From contig JANONZ010000283.1 in assembly GCA_031421095.1 (NCBI GenBank), positions 1 to 36,528 on the forward strand: DNA of 36,528 nucleotides. Direction: 5' to 3'. A model generated the notes under the pieces. The model was not told the DNA's origin and ran no database searches. It saw only the letters and a list, made by a program, of their open reading frames with translations. This document shows positions 32,690 through 36,528 of this stretch, piece after piece (the stretch's first letter is position 1; every line of letters starts with the position of its first letter). This stretch comes from Thermomicrobiales bacterium. GTDB taxonomy: Bacteria; Chloroflexota; Limnocylindria; Limnocylindrales; CSP1-4. The translations under genes and the position numbers were made by a program.

Positions 32690-33222
32690 AGCTGTGGATC
32701 CAGCCGATGCAGGTCGACGACCTGCCGGCTGTCCATGCCATAGAGCAGGCGAGCTTCGACGCGCCCTGGCCACCCGACGCCTACCGGGCCGAGCTGGAGA
32801 CGAACCGACTCGCGCAGTACCTCGTGGCGCGGATCGACGATGAGATCGTCGGTTTCGGCGGCATGTGGCTGATGGTGGACGAGGGCCACATCATCACGTT
32901 CGCCATCCACCCTGCGTGGCGCCGCCAGCGTATCGGCGAGCGGCTGTTGCTGGCCTTCCTGGACCTCGCCCTGGTCCGAGGGGCGCACGAGGCGACACTG
33001 GAGGTGCGTCTCTCGAACCTGCCGGCACGTCGGCTGTACGAGAAGTTCGGATTCCGTCCCGTCGGCCTGCGCCCGCGCTACTACAGCGACAACGGCGAGG
33101 ACGCGCTCATCATGACGACAGAGCCGCTGGCCGGCCGGGGTATGCGCGAGCGGATCGAGGGATTGCAGGTCGCGATCGATGCGGCGCCAGCTCCCCACCG
33201 ATCCGACCGGGCGGCCTCATGA
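32668..33222 (+). CDS. rimI: Ribosomal-protein-alanine N-acetyltransferase RimI (GNAT)
   Basis: VHAIEQASFDAPWP, the acetyl-CoA motif AIHPAWRRQRIGERLL, and ATLEVRLSN..ARRLYEKFGF. The start is either GTG 32668 (22-nt overlap with tsaB) or ATG 32707. Confidence 0.85.
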   Translation: MVARPPLKLWIQPMQVDDLPAVHAIEQASFDAPWPPDAYRAELETNRLAQYLVARIDDEIVGFGGMWLMVDEGHIITFAIHPAWRRQRIGERLLLAFLDLALVRGAHEATLEVRLSNLPARRLYEKFGFRPVGLRPRYYSDNGEDALIMTTEPLAGRGMRERIEGLQVAIDAAPAPHRSDRAAS

Positions 33223-33232
33223 GGGTGCGGGC

Positions 33233-34297
33233 GTGAGTGGTCCGCTGATCCTTTCGATCGAATCGTCCTGCGACGAGACCGGCATCGCGCTGATCGAGGG
33301 CGGCCGGACGATCCTGGGCAACGTCGTCGCCTCTCAGGTCGAGCTGCACGCGCCGGCTGGGGGGATCGTTCCGGAAGTGGCCGCGCGGGCCCACCTGCGC
33401 TACATCGTCCCGGTCCTCGACGCCGTCTGGTCGGACGCCGGGGCGACCTGGGACGACATCGGCGCCGTCGCCGTCACGTACGGTCCGGGGCTGGCCGGTT
33501 CGCTGCTCGTGGGTGTCAACTTCGCCAAGGCCCTCGCCTGGGTCCACGACAAGCCGCTTGTCGCGGTCAACCACCTCGAGGGCCATGTCTATGCCGCGTG
33601 GCTGCGCGACCCGGCAGCGCCCGATCGAGCCGACCCGATCTTCCCGCTGGTCGCCCTCGTGGTCTCCGGCGGCCACACGTTCCTCGCGGAGATGCGCGAT
33701 CACCTGACCTATCGGTTGCTGGGGGCGACGGTCGACGACGCGGCCGGCGAGGCGTTCGACAAGGTCGGGCGGCTGCTCGGACTGGGCTATCCGGGCGGCC
33801 CGGCGATCGGGCGTGCCGCGGAGGCAGCGACGGCGCGCGACCGCGTCTTCCCGCGAGCCTGGTTGGGCGATTCATCCGACTTCAGTTTCTCCGGCCTCAA
33901 GACAGCGGCGCGCCGCGTCATCATCGAGGCTCGGGCCGATGCCGGCCTGACCACCGAGCCTGAGGCCCCGCTACCAGCCGAACTCGTGGCCGAACTGGCG
34001 TGGGGCTTCCAGGAGGCGGTCGTCGATGTCCTGGCGATCAAGACGATGCGCGCCGCCCGGGCCTGCGGTGCGCGCTCGATCGTGCTCGGCGGCGGGGTGG
34101 CTGCGAACACGGCACTGCGGGCCCGCATTGCGGGCGAGGCGGATGCTCTCGGCCTGCCCCTGATCGTGCCGCGACCCGCGCTGTGCACCGACAATGGGGC
34201 GATGATCGGGGCGGCGGGAGCACGACGGTTCGCGGCGGGGGAGCGAGCCGGGCTGGACCTGGATGCTCGGCCGTCCCTGCCCCTGGCCGCCCGATGA
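33233..34297 (+). CDS. tsaD: tRNA N6-adenosine threonylcarbamoyltransferase TsaD
   Basis: Start placed at GTG 33233, giving VSGPLILSIESSCDETGIALIEGG. Motifs VAARAHL, VTYGPGLAGSLLVGVNFAK, VNHLEGH, VSGGHT and GYPGGPAI. The track start at 33179 overlaps rimI. Confidence 0.93.
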   Translation: MSGPLILSIESSCDETGIALIEGGRTILGNVVASQVELHAPAGGIVPEVAARAHLRYIVPVLDAVWSDAGATWDDIGAVAVTYGPGLAGSLLVGVNFAKALAWVHDKPLVAVNHLEGHVYAAWLRDPAAPDRADPIFPLVALVVSGGHTFLAEMRDHLTYRLLGATVDDAAGEAFDKVGRLLGLGYPGGPAIGRAAEAATARDRVFPRAWLGDSSDFSFSGLKTAARRVIIEARADAGLTTEPEAPLPAELVAELAWGFQEAVVDVLAIKTMRAARACGARSIVLGGGVAANTALRARIAGEADALGLPLIVPRPALCTDNGAMIGAAGARRFAAGERAGLDLDARPSLPLAAR

Positions 34298-35178
34298 ACG
34301 GCTCCCGGGCGCCGCGGGTCGATCCGGATGCAGTACGGGCCACGCTTCGGGCGGCCGGCCTGCGAGCGCGGCGCGCTCTCTCGCAGAACTTCCTGGCCGA
34401 TCCGGACGTGCTCGAGGCGATCCTCGCCACCGCCGACCCGGGCCCTGGCCGCCGTGTGCTGGAGATCGGACCGGGCCTCGGCCTGCTGACGGGCGGCCTG
34501 CTGGACTCGGGCGCGTCGGTCACCGCGGTGGAGCTCGACCGCGGCCTGGCGGCCTTCCTGCGCGAACGATTCGATGGGTCGACGTCACTGCGCCTGATCG
34601 AAGGCGATGCGCTCGACCAGGATCTCGTCCGACTCGTGGAGCCGCCCTACGACGTTGTGGCCAACCTGCCGTACCACATCACGAGCCCGATCCTGCACGC
34701 TCTGCTTGGGTCCCCACCGCGGCCGGAACGCCTCGTCCTCATGGTCCAGCGCGAGGTGGCCGAGCGGATCGCGGCACCGCCCGGAAAGATGAGCTATCTG
34801 TCGGTGTTCGTGCAGTACCACGCGAAGGTCCGCATCGCCCTGCTCGTGCCGGCGAACGCCTTTGAGCCGGAGCCGGCTGTCGAATCGGCGGTCATCGTCG
34901 TCGAGCCGTACCCGCCGGACGATCGCCTGGACCCAGCGCTGGAGGATGAGCTGTGGCGGCTGGTCCAGGCTGCCTTCCGCGAACGCCGCAAGATGATCCA
35001 CAACGTGCTGTCGCGGCAGCTGCCGGTGGACGCGGGTCGCGTCGGTGCCGCCCTGGCCGAGGCGAACATCGACCCGAACAGGCGTCCGCAGACGCTCGCG
35101 GTGGGGGAGTGGCTGGCGCTCCGTGAAGCGCTCGGACCGATTGGGCCGGACGGGCGCGGCCGCCGAACTGCCTCATGA
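34294..35178 (+). CDS. rsmA: 16S rRNA (adenine1518/1519-N6)-dimethyltransferase
   Basis: ATG 34294 (ATGA overlap with tsaD). LSQNFLADPDVL, the SAM motif VLEIGPGLGLLT, VVANLPYHITSPIL and RPQTL.V.EW..L. Confidence 0.93.
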   Translation: MNGSRAPRVDPDAVRATLRAAGLRARRALSQNFLADPDVLEAILATADPGPGRRVLEIGPGLGLLTGGLLDSGASVTAVELDRGLAAFLRERFDGSTSLRLIEGDALDQDLVRLVEPPYDVVANLPYHITSPILHALLGSPPRPERLVLMVQREVAERIAAPPGKMSYLSVFVQYHAKVRIALLVPANAFEPEPAVESAVIVVEPYPPDDRLDPALEDELWRLVQAAFRERRKMIHNVLSRQLPVDAGRVGAALAEANIDPNRRPQTLAVGEWLALREALGPIGPDGRGRRTAS

Positions 35179-36170
35179 CGGACCCGGCTCGCCGCCTCAG
35201 CCCGGTCATCCGGCTCGCCCCGGCCAAGCTCAACCTGAGCCTGGCCGTCGTCGGCCGTCGCGACGACGGGTATCACTCGCTGCACTCCGTCTTCGTCCCG
35301 CTGGCCCTTGCGGACCGGCTGAGCCTTGCCTCGGCGAGCGGACCGGACGATACGCTCCACGTGACCGGCTTCCATCCCGGTCCGGCGGCCGACAACCTGG
35401 TCCTGCGAGCGCTGCGAGCCGCTCGTAGTGCCGTGGGCGGCGACTGGTCCGGCGGCCCGGGACCGGCACCGGCCATCGCCGCACGACTCGACAAGCGGAT
35501 CCCGGTCGCGGCTGGATTGGCCGGCGGATCGTCGGACGCGGCGGCGGCGCTCGACGGTGCCCTCGAGGTGTGGGGAGCCGAGCTGGACCCGGCGACACGG
35601 CTGGCGGTGGCCGCCCGCCTGGGTTCCGATGTGCCGTTCTTCCTTGGCGATGGGCCCGCCCTCGTCGAGGGTCGCGGCGAGCGTGTCGCCCCGTTGCATG
35701 GCCTGCGCGGGCATCCTGGCATCCTGCTCGTCACGGCCGCGGTCGCTGTGTCGACGCCGGACGTGTTCGCCGCCTTCGATGCCATCCGAACCCATGGCGA
35801 CGGCTCCGTCCGGATGTCCTCGACCCACATCGCGGAAGAACTCCGATCCGGGCTGGGCGCCGCGGACCTCGCTGCCAGAGCCGGTGTCCTGGCCGTCGCC
35901 AACGACCTGATGCCGGCGACGGCGCTCGTGGTCCCGGCGCTGGTGCCGTTCCGGCGCGCCCTGACTCGGTTGCTCCGGCACCCGGTCGGGTTGTCCGGCT
36001 CGGGCCCGACGCTCTGGGCGCTCTATGCTTCATCGGCCGAGGCGGAGGCCTCCGCCGATGTCGTCCGAGCGGCCCTCGCCAGCGGCAGGTTGACGGCACC
36101 AGGCTCGGCCGAGCCGTTCGTCGCCGCCACGACCATCGTCACAGGACAGCAGCATGGGAGCGAATCATGA
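35175..36170 (+). CDS. ispE: 4-diphosphocytidyl-2-C-methyl-D-erythritol kinase
   Basis: 331 aa. ATGA overlap with rsmA. APAKLNLSLAVVGRRDDGYH, the GHMP motif KRIPVAAGLAGGSSDAAAAL, GSDVPFFL and SGSGPTLWAL. Confidence 0.9.
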   Translation: MTDPARRLSPVIRLAPAKLNLSLAVVGRRDDGYHSLHSVFVPLALADRLSLASASGPDDTLHVTGFHPGPAADNLVLRALRAARSAVGGDWSGGPGPAPAIAARLDKRIPVAAGLAGGSSDAAAALDGALEVWGAELDPATRLAVAARLGSDVPFFLGDGPALVEGRGERVAPLHGLRGHPGILLVTAAVAVSTPDVFAAFDAIRTHGDGSVRMSSTHIAEELRSGLGAADLAARAGVLAVANDLMPATALVVPALVPFRRALTRLLRHPVGLSGSGPTLWALYASSAEAEASADVVRAALASGRLTAPGSAEPFVAATTIVTGQQHGSES

Positions 36171-36528
36171 CCCGCCGCGCCGTTTCGACCACCGGGGCCC
36201 CGGCCGCCATCGGGCCGTACAGCCAGGGCATCGCCATTGACGGAATGCTGTTCACGGCCGGCCAGGCCGGGCTCGACCCGGCGACCGGGTCGCTCGTCGA
36301 AGGCGGCATCGAAGCTGAGACCGAGCGAGTGATGGCCAACCTGACAGCTGTCCTGGACGCCGGCGGCTGCACGTGGGCGGACGTGGCCAAGACGACCATC
36401 TTCCTCATCGACATGGCGGACTTCGCCGCCGTCAATGCGATCTACGGTCGGTTCGTGAGCGAACCGCCGCCGGCGCGCTCCACCGTCGCGGTCGCGGCGC
36501 TGCCGAAGGGTGCCCGGGTGGAGATCGA
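36167..36528 (+). CDS. ridA: RidA/YjgF-family reactive-intermediate deaminase, N-terminal part (runs off the window)
   Basis: ATG 36167 (ATGA overlap with ispE). APAAIGPYSQGIAIDGMLFTAGQAGLDPATG.LV.GGIEAETERVMANL.AVL.A.G....DV.KTTIFL.DM.DFAAVN..Y..F......PARSTV.VAALPKGA.VEI. Confidence 0.88.
   Translation, partial: MTRRAVSTTGAPAAIGPYSQGIAIDGMLFTAGQAGLDPATGSLVEGGIEAETERVMANLTAVLDAGGCTWADVAKTTIFLIDMADFAAVNAIYGRFVSEPPPARSTVAVAALPKGARVEI

Noticed and set aside
1-36528. CRISPR arrays, transposases/integrases, IS inverted repeats, prophage remnants, tRNA/rRNA genes, and compositional islands.
   Set aside because: I found no spaced direct-repeat arrays. No ORF has recombinase or transposase motifs. 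There are no cloverleaf-like or rRNA-like stretches in the few spacers. G+C looks uniform by eye, including across the 28.0-31.5 kb block.

Overview
GC-rich bacterial chromosome segment; third codon positions are almost all G/C. I read about 55 genes, all on the + strand and tightly packed, with many ATGA/GTGA/TGATG start-stop overlaps.

Gene content by region:
- 1-17.3 kb: end of tuf, then the complete S10-spc-alpha ribosomal superoperon (rpsJ through rplQ, including secY-adk-map-infA-rpmJ), followed by truA-rplM-rpsI. rpmJ (TTG start, 37 aa) is missing from the ORF track and was found by hand.
- 17.4-28.0 kb: argF, a TPR protein, the c-di-AMP module cdaA-cdaR-glmM, glmS, acpS, a stand-alone NAD(P)HX dehydratase and alr.
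- 28.0-31.5 kb: four genes I cannot assign to a known system: a macro-domain protein, a 96-aa acidic protein, a 534-aa MutL/ASKHA-like protein and a 329-aa protein with a hybrid-barrel-like N-terminus and a KOW-like C-terminus.
- 31.5-36.5 kb: tsaE-tsaB-rimI-tsaD, rsmA, ispE and the start of ridA.

From memory, the flanking synteny (rplM-rpsI...glmM...glmS...alr-tsaE-tsaB-rimI-tsaD; ksgA-ispE) resembles Actinomycetota, while cdaA-cdaR-glmM-glmS is Firmicutes-like. That suggests a deep-branching high-GC Terrabacteria lineage; taxonomy is not resolvable here.

I saw no tRNA/rRNA genes, CRISPR arrays, transposases or integrases. Most of the window is ordinary core genome.

The best candidate for something undescribed is the 28.0-31.5 kb block that splits the alr/tsaE junction. 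Secondary curiosities:
- a 73-nt glmS leader with glmS-ribozyme-like sequence words
- an alternative-pairing element upstream of infA
- possible leaderless starts
- a Cys4 L24 with an insertion
- low-complexity tails on several housekeeping proteins
- two perfect in-frame microsatellite-like duplications

All functional calls rest on reading the translated ORFs against remembered family motifs; no searches were run.
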